Positions 1 through 8,298 of a DNA stretch of 64,000 nucleotides are shown here, piece by piece. The translations under genes and the position numbers were made by a program. Below the pieces are notes generated by a model. The model was not told the origin of the DNA. It ran no database searches and saw only the letters and a list, made by a program, of their open reading frames with translations. Within the stretch, counting starts at the first letter, position 1. Every line of letters starts with the position of its first letter. The DNA is from Nitrospinales bacterium (GTDB lineage Bacteria; Nitrospinota; Nitrospinia; Nitrospinales; VA-1), in assembly GCA_965262115.1 (NCBI GenBank), contig OZ253496.1:2496001-2560000 (forward strand), written 5' to 3'.

Positions 1-555
1 CATGCTCCTTCTTGGGAGTATTTCAGCCAGACCTCCTAGGACATCAGCGATCTGAGTTGTTCCATGTGGTGAAATATTAGCCAAACCATGCAAAATATGC
101 TGAAAATGAGAAGCTTTGGAACGAGGCGGAATATGCTCAACAACCTGGTTGTTAAACAGGGTCAGTCCCACCGCGTCAAATTGTTTCAAAAGCAGATAAG
201 AAAGTGCCGCGACGAGGTTGCGGGCATACTCCATTTTAGAGGCATGCCCATTTAGCGGAGACTGATAGTTCATCGATCCGCTCGCGTCCAGCAAAATTGT
301 GCATTTCAGATTGGTGGATTGCTCAAATTGCTTAACATGATACTTGTCAGTTTTGCCGACAACCTTCCAGTCGATATGACGGATTTCATCTCCTGGAGAA
401 TAATCCTTATATTCCGCAAACTCCACCGAAGACCCTTTGTGGCGACTGCGGTGTCGCCCTGTCAGCAGTCCTTCCACTAGATTCATGGCGGTCATTTTCA
501 GGGTGGAAATACGGGAAAGGACTTGAGCGTCAAACTTTTGTGCTGAGTTTTCCAT
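1..555 (-). CDS. DUF58 domain-containing protein (MoxR-associated), runs off window edge
   Basis: Own translation from ATG at 555: MENSAQKFDAQVLSRISTLKMTAMNLVEGLLTGRHRSRHKGSSVEFAEYKDYSPGDEIRHIDWKV...ILLDASGSM, the classic DUF58 motifs. Absent from the ORF track because there is no stop in the window. Confidence 0.9.
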   Translation of the reverse strand, partial: MENSAQKFDAQVLSRISTLKMTAMNLVEGLLTGRHRSRHKGSSVEFAEYKDYSPGDEIRHIDWKVVGKTDKYHVKQFEQSTNLKCTILLDASGSMNYQSPLNGHASKMEYARNLVAALSYLLLKQFDAVGLTLFNNQVVEHIPPRSKASHFQHILHGLANISPHGTTQIADVLGGLAEILPRRSM

Positions 556-646
556 AAATTTGATTGCAGTTGGAAATAACTATTTTTATATTGTCGCACA
601 AATTGAGAGGCGATTGGGCAAGGGCTTTTTGGCCGAGATAACTCTT

Positions 647-788
647 TACCCCTGCGGAGCACGAAAACTGAGGAAATACCCGTGCCGGGCATGAAGTTTA
701 AGGAAGAGGCCATCACAAATATCACGTGCTCGCCAGTAAGAGCTATTTACCCTTTCGGGGCATGAAATTTATGGAAGAGGACATCACA
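647..788 (-). repeat. Cluster of three 39-41 bp GTGAT..GGGTA mini-elements (outer 647-676+718-726, inner 677-717, third 748-788)
   Basis: Each reads TACCC...GCAYGAA...ATCAC[AG] on the + strand. Removing 677-717 restores a 39-bp copy. Confidence 0.85.
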
Positions 789-914
789 GCTACTGGCCCC
801 GCGCCTAGCGGCGGAGAAACCTCCGCCGGTAATGCCCGTGTCTTTTTGTAGCCCACAATGGGCTCGAGGCTTAATGGGCCATTGCCCATTGCCTCCACGG
901 CTAGTGGCGGTGGG

Positions 915-942
915 TTGACATTGGGAGGAAGCCTTATAGAAT
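915..942 (+). promoter_or_regulatory. Putative sigma-70 promoter of the aminopeptidase
   Basis: TTGACA-N16-TAGAAT, 26 bp upstream of the ATG at 969. Confidence 0.55.
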
Positions 943-968
943 GATCTTTCACTTTAAACAACATATCT

Positions 969-3581
969 ATGAATTCAGTTCGATATTGCAAATGCCATTT
1001 TCAAAATGGCGAGTCCGAGCACTGGGGTATCTTGGATCGCAAGGCCTTTGCCCAAAAGGGGGCGAAAGCACATTTTGCTCCGGACACTCCTTTGCTCCCC
1101 CAGCACCTTTTGCTGGACCTGCATTTTGACTGGGAAGAGGAGCGGGTCTGGGGAAACACCACCTATGACCTGATGGTCAATGGCCATGATGTGCGGGAAA
1201 TCGTGTTTGACGCTGCAAACCTGGAAATAGAGCGGGTGATGATGGGCCGTCGCACGTTAGCATTTGAAAATACCGGCGACCAGATAATCGTGTCACTGGA
1301 TAAGGCTCTCAAATATGGAGGGACCGTGCAGGTGAAGCTGTTTCATTCGGTCACCCGGCCCCCGGCAGGAGTTTATTTCACCAAACCGGATGAGGCTTAT
1401 CCGGACCGGTTCAAAACGGTCTGGACCCAGGGGCAGGATGAGGACTCCAAATATTATTTCCCCTGTTTTGATCAGCCAAATTTTAAACAGACCACCGAGG
1501 TTAAGTTGCATTTGCCCAAGGGAATGTTTGGGTTGTCCAACGGTCGTCTTATTAAAAAGAAGGAAAGCGCCGGGGAATCCTTTTACCACTATAAACTGGA
1601 AATTCCTTACTCGACCTATCTTCTCTCTATTGTAGCCGGGGAGTTTTCCGGGCATGAGAGTCGTATTGGGGGAGTTGATATCAAATGGTATGTTCAAAAG
1701 GGCCGGGAACAAGAAGGCAGGAATGCTTTTAAGGATACTGGAAAAATCATCCGGTTTTTTTCTGATTATACCGGTTACCCTTATCCCTATAAACACTATA
1801 CCCAGATCGCGGTTCCCGAGTTTATTTTCGGAGGCATGGAAAATTTCACCGTCACCACCCAGACGGACCTGACACTTCATGACAACCGAGCCAGACTGGA
1901 TCTGGACTCTAATGGATTGGTTGCCCACGAAGCCGCCCATATGTGGTTTGGCGATGTGGTCACCGCGAGAAGTTGGTCGCATGCATGGTTGCACGAATCG
2001 TTTGCCACTTATTTTGACGCACTCTACACGCGTGAGTCGAAGGGCGAGGGTGAATTCCGCTATCAATTACTGGAAGATGCGGAAACTTATTTCAGTGAAG
2101 ATGCCCACTACCGCCGTCCTATCGTGACCCATATTTATAAAGAACCTATCGATTTGTTTGATGCCCATCTTTATCCGGGAGGGGCGGTGCGACTGCATTA
2201 TTTGAAATCTCTTGTCGGAGAACCTCTGTTCCGCAAGGCCCTGACCCGGTTTCTCAAGCGTCACGAATATGGGCTGGTCGAGACGGTGGATCTGGTACGG
2301 TGTCTGGAAGAGGCCAGCGGAAAAAATTTCGATGAATGGATGGATCAATGGATTTATCGCGGTGGTTATCCCATGCTTGAGATCGGTTACCAATGGGGGG
2401 TGTCAAATCTGGCGGAGATAACGGTAAAACAAACTCAGAAAGCCGAGAAAAAAGAAGGGGCGCTGTTGTTCAAATTCCCATTGAAGATTGAGTTCTATTA
2501 TTCCAGGGGTAGTGAAAAGTTTTCGCTGGAAATTAAAAACAAAGAAGAGAAGTTCAGCTTTCACCTCAAATCCAAACCGCTGTTTTTCAGGCTGGACCCG
2601 GATTACGAGTGCCCGGCTAAAAAAGTGAAGTTGGAAATTTCCCGCTCCCTTCTGCACGAGCAGTTGAAGCGGGATAAGGACCCCATAGGGCGTATCGAAG
2701 CGGCCCAATCCCTTGTTGTCAAGGCCTCACAAACTGACACCAAGATGCTCAGCCTGTGTCTCAAAAAAGAATTACATTGGGGTGTGTCGAATCGTATCGC
2801 CAGAGCCTTAGGTAAAATCGGCGGGGAGTTCGCTCGCGATGGATTGCTTAAAGCGGTGAACAGCCGTGACGCAAAAATTCGTCGAGGCATCATCCATGCA
2901 TTGGGAGAGTTTGTGGATGATGAAAAAGTCATCCGGGCTCTGAAGAAAATTTCCAAGGGTGATCCCTCTTACAGGGTGGAAGCAGAAGCGTTGTCCTCGT
3001 TGGGCCGAATCAAGGCGAAAAACTGTAGAACGTTTCTGGAAGGTTTTCTGGGCAGGCCATCGCATAATGATATCGGACGGTCGGCCATATTCAGAGCCCT
3101 AGCCAACCTGGAAGAAGAACAAGCGTGGGCAACGTTGATTGAGGGTGCGGATTATGGTGCTGCCCGTAGCAGTCGGTTTTCCGCTATTCAGGGACTGGCA
3201 AAACTGGCTGGGCGATTTGAACATCTCAAGCCCGAAGCCATCAATGTCCTGAAGCGGTTTGCCCGGGAAACACGGGGCACTCCCTCCGCAACATTTCGCG
3301 GTAAACTGGCCGCCATTCAGGCCATGGGCGAGTTGGAAGACCTTTCGACAATTTCCACCTTGAGGAGACTGGCTGAGGGCGAAACCGATGGGCGTTTGAA
3401 ACGGAGAGCCGAAGAAACGATTGTACGCCTGTTTGAATCGGCTAAAAAACCTGGCGAGATGAAGTTGATACGATCCGACCTCGATGAATTGTTGAAGGAC
3501 AATAAATCCCTGCGTGATCGGGTGGATATTATGGAAAAACAGAAAGACGCTAAACAAAAATCCAAAAAGAAAAAAGGATAA
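969..3581 (+). CDS. M1-family (PepN-like) zinc aminopeptidase with C-terminal HEAT repeats
   Basis: GGMEN exopeptidase motif, HEAAH-x18-E zinc motif, HEAT-like C-terminus. Confidence 0.92.
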   Translation: MNSVRYCKCHFQNGESEHWGILDRKAFAQKGAKAHFAPDTPLLPQHLLLDLHFDWEEERVWGNTTYDLMVNGHDVREIVFDAANLEIERVMMGRRTLAFENTGDQIIVSLDKALKYGGTVQVKLFHSVTRPPAGVYFTKPDEAYPDRFKTVWTQGQDEDSKYYFPCFDQPNFKQTTEVKLHLPKGMFGLSNGRLIKKKESAGESFYHYKLEIPYSTYLLSIVAGEFSGHESRIGGVDIKWYVQKGREQEGRNAFKDTGKIIRFFSDYTGYPYPYKHYTQIAVPEFIFGGMENFTVTTQTDLTLHDNRARLDLDSNGLVAHEAAHMWFGDVVTARSWSHAWLHESFATYFDALYTRESKGEGEFRYQLLEDAETYFSEDAHYRRPIVTHIYKEPIDLFDAHLYPGGAVRLHYLKSLVGEPLFRKALTRFLKRHEYGLVETVDLVRCLEEASGKNFDEWMDQWIYRGGYPMLEIGYQWGVSNLAEITVKQTQKAEKKEGALLFKFPLKIEFYYSRGSEKFSLEIKNKEEKFSFHLKSKPLFFRLDPDYECPAKKVKLEISRSLLHEQLKRDKDPIGRIEAAQSLVVKASQTDTKMLSLCLKKELHWGVSNRIARALGKIGGEFARDGLLKAVNSRDAKIRRGIIHALGEFVDDEKVIRALKKISKGDPSYRVEAEALSSLGRIKAKNCRTFLEGFLGRPSHNDIGRSAIFRALANLEEEQAWATLIEGADYGAARSSRFSAIQGLAKLAGRFEHLKPEAINVLKRFARETRGTPSATFRGKLAAIQAMGELEDLSTISTLRRLAEGETDGRLKRRAEETIVRLFESAKKPGEMKLIRSDLDELLKDNKSLRDRVDIMEKQKDAKQKSKKKKG

Positions 3582-3585
3582 TGAA

Positions 3586-4158
3586 ATGAATAAGCCCTTT
3601 AATGATGACCCAATAGAAGTGCTGGTGAAAAAGTTTTTGACTCAGAACGGAACGGTTTTGGACTTGCGTTTGAAATATATCGGCGATGAGGGTCTGGAGT
3701 ACCTGGCTCAGTGTCCGGAGTTGGTCGACCTGGAAGTGCTGAACCTGGAAAGAAACGAAATCACCGACAAGGGAGTCCAGGCGTTGGCCGACTCTTCCAT
3801 CATCACGAACCTGAAGGAATTGCACCTGGAAAGAAACGAAATCGGCGATGGCGGAGCCAAAGCCATTGCCGGTTGTGCAAACTTTTCCTACCTGAACTTC
3901 TTGAACTTCTGGAAAAACAAAGTGGGGGCTGAAGGAGCGCAAGCCATTGCCAGCTCCACGATTCTGGTTAATTTAAAAAGCCTTGATCTGGCTCAAAATA
4001 ATATTGGCGATGAGGGTGCCAAGGCCCTGGCCGAAAGTGATACTTTGGCTGGACTGGAGTTGATCGAAATAGTTGGCAGTGGCCTGACCGATGAGGGGAA
4101 AAAACAACTCAAGGAATCCACCGCCTTTCCTAAACTTCAGACCCTTGTTCTGGATTAA
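3586..4158 (+). CDS. Leucine-rich repeat protein (ribonuclease-inhibitor-like, 28-aa repeats)
   Basis: Repeated LxxLxLxxNxIGDxGAxAIA units; ATG 3586 follows the upstream stop. Confidence 0.88.
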   Translation: MNKPFNDDPIEVLVKKFLTQNGTVLDLRLKYIGDEGLEYLAQCPELVDLEVLNLERNEITDKGVQALADSSIITNLKELHLERNEIGDGGAKAIAGCANFSYLNFLNFWKNKVGAEGAQAIASSTILVNLKSLDLAQNNIGDEGAKALAESDTLAGLELIEIVGSGLTDEGKKQLKESTAFPKLQTLVLD

Positions 4159-4277
4159 ACGGGTTGGTTTCTAAAAAAACTGATTAGCTTGGATGCTTTT
4201 TGACCAAGTATTCATGGTAATTGAAAATGGGTGAAATCCCCAGTATTTGCTCATGACTGTTACCCCCAGATGGTGCG

Positions 4278-5543
4278 TTAAGAACCCTTTAAAATATTCA
4301 ATCTATTTTTGAGGGACTGGCTCCAGGCGGTATTGCGGGTATTCACTGTTTCTTCGGCTTGTTGTAGGATGGGTTTTAGGCGTTCGGTATCTCCAAGTTG
4401 GTGGTAGGTTTCAGCCAGATCTATCAGGATATGGGCCTCCTCCTTCCGGTTCTCGACATATTTTGCGGTGGCGAGGCTCTGGACGAAAAATGCCGTTGCC
4501 GATTCCCATTGCCCCAGTTTCCTGTAGTTCAGGCCGATGCCTACCAGCAGTTCCAACTCTTTGTCGTGGTCTTTCTGCCGACGATAACTCTCCAAAGCAT
4601 TTAAGTAACAGTCGATGACTTTTTCAATTTTGTTTTGTTTGACGTAGACGAATCCGAGCCCGTTAAAGGAGCTACCAATGAAAGCGCTGTAGCCATTTTT
4701 TGTGGCGAGAGTCTGTTGTATTTCAAAATATTTTCGAGCCTGGTCGAGATTTCCAGATATGGCGTACGCATCACCAAGGCTGGCAAGTAGTCCGCATTGC
4801 TCTTCTTTGTCGCCTAGCTCTTTTGTGATTTCAAGTTCCTGGAGAAAATAAGCAATGGCTTTTTGAGTCTGCCCTAATCGGGTATAGGCCAGCCCGAGGG
4901 CGGAGATGGCATTTTTTTCGGCTTGTTTGTCGGAAACGGCACGCGCTTTTTTGAGGAAAATAGTTTCGGACTCCACCACCATCCGTAAATCAAGTGCGCT
5001 GGAAGATTTGAGATCGGAGGGTTTGCCGGGCTTGGCATCGTAACCTGCAAGTCGCTGAAAACTTTCTTCAACAGACAGAGACATTTTCTCTTCTACCTCC
5101 CTTTTAAAGTTCAGCTCCTCCTCAATATCTTCCAGAAACTCCTCCAGGTCTTCTTGTAAAAACGCGCTTCTCAATTTATACGATTTAAAATCACTAAGAT
5201 GTTTTAACGCTTCATTGCCACTTTCCGGCAGTGTTGCTCCATCAAGCAGTAAAGAGATAATTATGATGTCTAAATTTATTGCGGAAATGATTTCAAAGTT
5301 AATTCTATCGCCTTGAATCGATCCGTCAATAGTCAGGGCAGAGTGTTCTGAGTAGGACTCTTTGTTGCCGATTACAATAATCAATGCATCACAAAGGGAA
5401 AGGTTTTCGTAGAGGGTGGGGAGTCCATTCGGATTTTCCAAAAATATACATTGACCCTCCAGAGATAACTGGCATTCCCCGATGATATTCTGAACTGTGG
5501 TTTTTAATCTGGGGTCGGTTAGGCTGAAATAAAGAGTTGGCAT
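4278..5543 (-). CDS. TIR-like domain plus tetratricopeptide repeat protein
   Basis: N-terminal CDALIIVIG...RINFEIISA..IIISLLLDGATLP..LKHLS pattern of TIR_2 domains; about 5 TPRs at the C-terminus. Confidence 0.72.
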   Translation of the reverse strand: MPTLYFSLTDPRLKTTVQNIIGECQLSLEGQCIFLENPNGLPTLYENLSLCDALIIVIGNKESYSEHSALTIDGSIQGDRINFEIISAINLDIIIISLLLDGATLPESGNEALKHLSDFKSYKLRSAFLQEDLEEFLEDIEEELNFKREVEEKMSLSVEESFQRLAGYDAKPGKPSDLKSSSALDLRMVVESETIFLKKARAVSDKQAEKNAISALGLAYTRLGQTQKAIAYFLQELEITKELGDKEEQCGLLASLGDAYAISGNLDQARKYFEIQQTLATKNGYSAFIGSSFNGLGFVYVKQNKIEKVIDCYLNALESYRRQKDHDKELELLVGIGLNYRKLGQWESATAFFVQSLATAKYVENRKEEAHILIDLAETYHQLGDTERLKPILQQAEETVNTRNTAWSQSLKNRLNILKGS

Positions 5544-5787
5544 GTTGGGGATTTTTTTACTAACCCGTGCCAATGTGAAGGGGTATCGATTTTAGTTAAT
5601 TTTAGAAGTACGTTCAGTCGTCCTTTTTGAACAGTTCCTTCAACCGGGCCTGGCAACGGAGTTCTCGGGTCAACTCTATCATGATTTTCTCGTTAACGCT
5701 TAAATTCTGTATGCTGGCTTTAGAGAAATAATGGGGAAACGCTGCCCACAGGCTGGGGAGATCCCGGAATTCGTTGTAAGTAGTTAG

Positions 5788-5865
5788 ACGGTCCTGCCTG
5801 GCTTAATCTGCTTTTTCTTGTGTAGCCCATAATAACACCTAAATGGCGTTAGCTGGGGCAGCCCC
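5788..5865 (-). mobile_element. IS1595-family (IS1016-like) left-end remnant
   Basis: Terminus GGGGCTGCCCCAGCTAAC followed by ATG-GYTRKSRLSQ/QDRL, resembling the IS1016 transposase N-terminus; similarity lost beyond this. Confidence 0.55.
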
Positions 5866-6016
5866 AAAAATTTCATTGAACCGTTGTTTTTACATTTTGA
5901 GCCGGTTTTCCAACCAGTTTCGCAAGATTTTGTGAATTGATGGCGTGGCGTACTTTGGGACGTGAAAGCCGTGCAAGGTGGGAGGAGAGAGAAACTGCTG
6001 ATTTATAGCGGTGTCT

Positions 6017-8128
6017 TTAAATTATTTCCATCAACTCCATATAGTTACCCATGAAGTTTTGCAGGACTTTATGCAACGGTTGGTGTTTTGGGTCTGTGAT
6101 GTCGGGGTCCTGGTCAATGAGATGAAAGGCTTCTTTGCGGGCTATTTCCAGCACCCGGATATCGCGGAGCAGGTTGGCGATTTTTAAAATAGGCATCCCC
6201 GATTGCCGGGTGCCCATAAAATCTCCGGGGCCGCGGATTTTTAAATCCTCTTTAGCGATGACGAATCCATCGCCGGAGTTTTGCATGGCTTTCATCCGAG
6301 CCTGTCCTTCTTCGGATACAGGATGGTAGGCCATCAGCAGACAATGGGAGGCGTGGTTTCCTCGGCCCACACGTCCGCGTAGTTGGTGCAATTGGGCCAG
6401 GCCGAACCTTTCGGCATGTTCAATAATCATAACCGTGGCGTTGGGAACGTCGATGCCCACCTCAATGACCGTTGTGGAAACCAGAACCTGAATTTCTTTT
6501 TGGAGGAACCGGGACATGATATCCTGGCGATCTTCTTTTTTAAGTTTTCCATGAATCAGGCAGGCGGTGAAATTTGGAAAGCGTTCCTGGATAAAATCCA
6601 AAACCGTAACAGCGGCTTTTAGGTCCATGACCTCCGACTCTTCGATTAAGGGACAAACCACAAACGCCTGTCTGCCTTGTTGCAACTGTTCTTCCATTAT
6701 GTTGTAGGCTTTTTCCCGCCGGTTCTCAAAAAACAGGTCGGTAGCAATTTTTTGCCGCCCTGGTGGACACTCATCTAAAAGTGAAACATCCATATCTCCG
6801 TAGAGGGTGAGCGCGAGGGATCTTGGGATGGGTGTGGCTGTCATGATGAGAAGATGCGGATGGTCGCCTTTTTTGCCGATGGCTTCTCTTTGCATGACTC
6901 CGAATCGATGTTGTTCGTCAATCACTGCCAACCCGAGTTTTTTAAATTGAATATCTTTTTGAATCAGGGAGTGGGTTCCAACAACAATGTGTGTTTTTCC
7001 GGTCCGTACATCTTCAAAATGGCTTTGCTGTTCTTTGCCTTTGAGCGCGCTGGTTACCAAGCTGAGTTTGATGCCCAGTTTTTCACAGAAGGGGTGGATA
7101 TTTAAATAATGTTGTTCGGCAAGAATTTCTGTCGGAACCATTAACGCAGATTGCGTTCCGTTATCCACAGCTGTCAACAGGGCGATAAGAGCGACAATGG
7201 TTTTGCCGCTCCCGACATCTCCCTGAATCAGTCGGTTCATGGGTTTCTCTTTTTCCAAGTCTTCCATAATTTCACCGAGAACCCTTTTTTGTGCTCCCGT
7301 CAAGGTGAAGGGCAAAAGCTTTGCAAACTTCTTGATGAGTTCTCCGCGGGTTTTAAAGGAGGTCCCTGTGCTCTCTTCTCCCACACGGTTTTTTTTAAAG
7401 GCCAGGGCCAACTGGATCAGGAACAGTTCTTCAAAGACCAGACGCTTTTGCGCTGGGGTCTGAAAGGCATCCAACTCTCTCAGGCAGGAACCTTGTGGGG
7501 GAAAATGAGATTGGGCAAGAGCCTCTGACCGGGGAGGTAAATTATGACGCCGAACCAGGTCATCGGGAAGAAACTCCTCGATCAGATGCAGGTACTTATC
7601 GAGCACATTTTTTATAATGGTGCGCATGGACTTGAGGTGTAGCCCATCGGTGACAGGGTAAACGGGGACAATCTTGCCGATTTCAAGAGATCTGACATTT
7701 TCTCCTGATACTTGCTCGGTATCCGGGTGGATGATCTCCAATCCGGAACGTTTGTTGATAGTAGGTTTTCCTGAAAGAATGATTTTTTGCCCTGTTTTAA
7801 ACTTTTCTTTCATATAAGTTTCGTTAAACCGGAACCATTTGGCTCGGACGATTCCTGTCTCATCCTGAACGATGACTTCAAATACCCTTTTTCGACGTCC
7901 CATGAACATTATTCCGGCATTCAGGACTTCTCCTGTGAGTGTGACATATTCACCGGGAACAGCTTGGGAGATTTTTTTGAATTGGGTCCGATCTTCAAAG
8001 CGGAAAGGCAGGAAATAAAGGCAGTCTTCAATGCTTGTTAGACGCAATTTTTCAAGAAGAACCGCTTTTCTGGGGCCGACCCCTTTTATGAATTGTATGG
8101 GATCGTCCAGGGAAGGTGTGTGTTTCAT
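6017..8128 (-). CDS. recG: ATP-dependent DNA helicase RecG
   Basis: IKGVGP start, QGDVGSGKT, DEQH, MTATPIPR, LHQLRGRVGRG, RGPG motifs. Confidence 0.97.
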   Translation of the reverse strand: MKHTPSLDDPIQFIKGVGPRKAVLLEKLRLTSIEDCLYFLPFRFEDRTQFKKISQAVPGEYVTLTGEVLNAGIMFMGRRKRVFEVIVQDETGIVRAKWFRFNETYMKEKFKTGQKIILSGKPTINKRSGLEIIHPDTEQVSGENVRSLEIGKIVPVYPVTDGLHLKSMRTIIKNVLDKYLHLIEEFLPDDLVRRHNLPPRSEALAQSHFPPQGSCLRELDAFQTPAQKRLVFEELFLIQLALAFKKNRVGEESTGTSFKTRGELIKKFAKLLPFTLTGAQKRVLGEIMEDLEKEKPMNRLIQGDVGSGKTIVALIALLTAVDNGTQSALMVPTEILAEQHYLNIHPFCEKLGIKLSLVTSALKGKEQQSHFEDVRTGKTHIVVGTHSLIQKDIQFKKLGLAVIDEQHRFGVMQREAIGKKGDHPHLLIMTATPIPRSLALTLYGDMDVSLLDECPPGRQKIATDLFFENRREKAYNIMEEQLQQGRQAFVVCPLIEESEVMDLKAAVTVLDFIQERFPNFTACLIHGKLKKEDRQDIMSRFLQKEIQVLVSTTVIEVGIDVPNATVMIIEHAERFGLAQLHQLRGRVGRGNHASHCLLMAYHPVSEEGQARMKAMQNSGDGFVIAKEDLKIRGPGDFMGTRQSGMPILKIANLLRDIRVLEIARKEAFHLIDQDPDITDPKHQPLHKVLQNFMGNYMELMEII

Positions 8129-8186
8129 GGCCCCAATATTAACGTGCAAGTCGTGTGGGAGCAAGGAGTTCTGTTGCGATTGAGCG

Positions 8187-8215
8187 TTGACAGAAAAATT
8201 TTGTGGAAGTATCCT
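8187..8215 (+). promoter_or_regulatory. Putative sigma-70 promoter of relA/spoT
   Basis: TTGACA-N17-TATCCT. Confidence 0.6.
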
Positions 8216-8298
8216 TAACTCAAAGGTTTATCCTTTTTTCATCGACCTTTTTGCGGACCTCTGGTCGAGTAGAAAAAAATGGAGGTTTCATTCCTGCT

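Noticed and set aside
647..788. CRISPR array
   Set aside because: The repeats are nested and dispersed, with no regular repeat-spacer period and no cas genes
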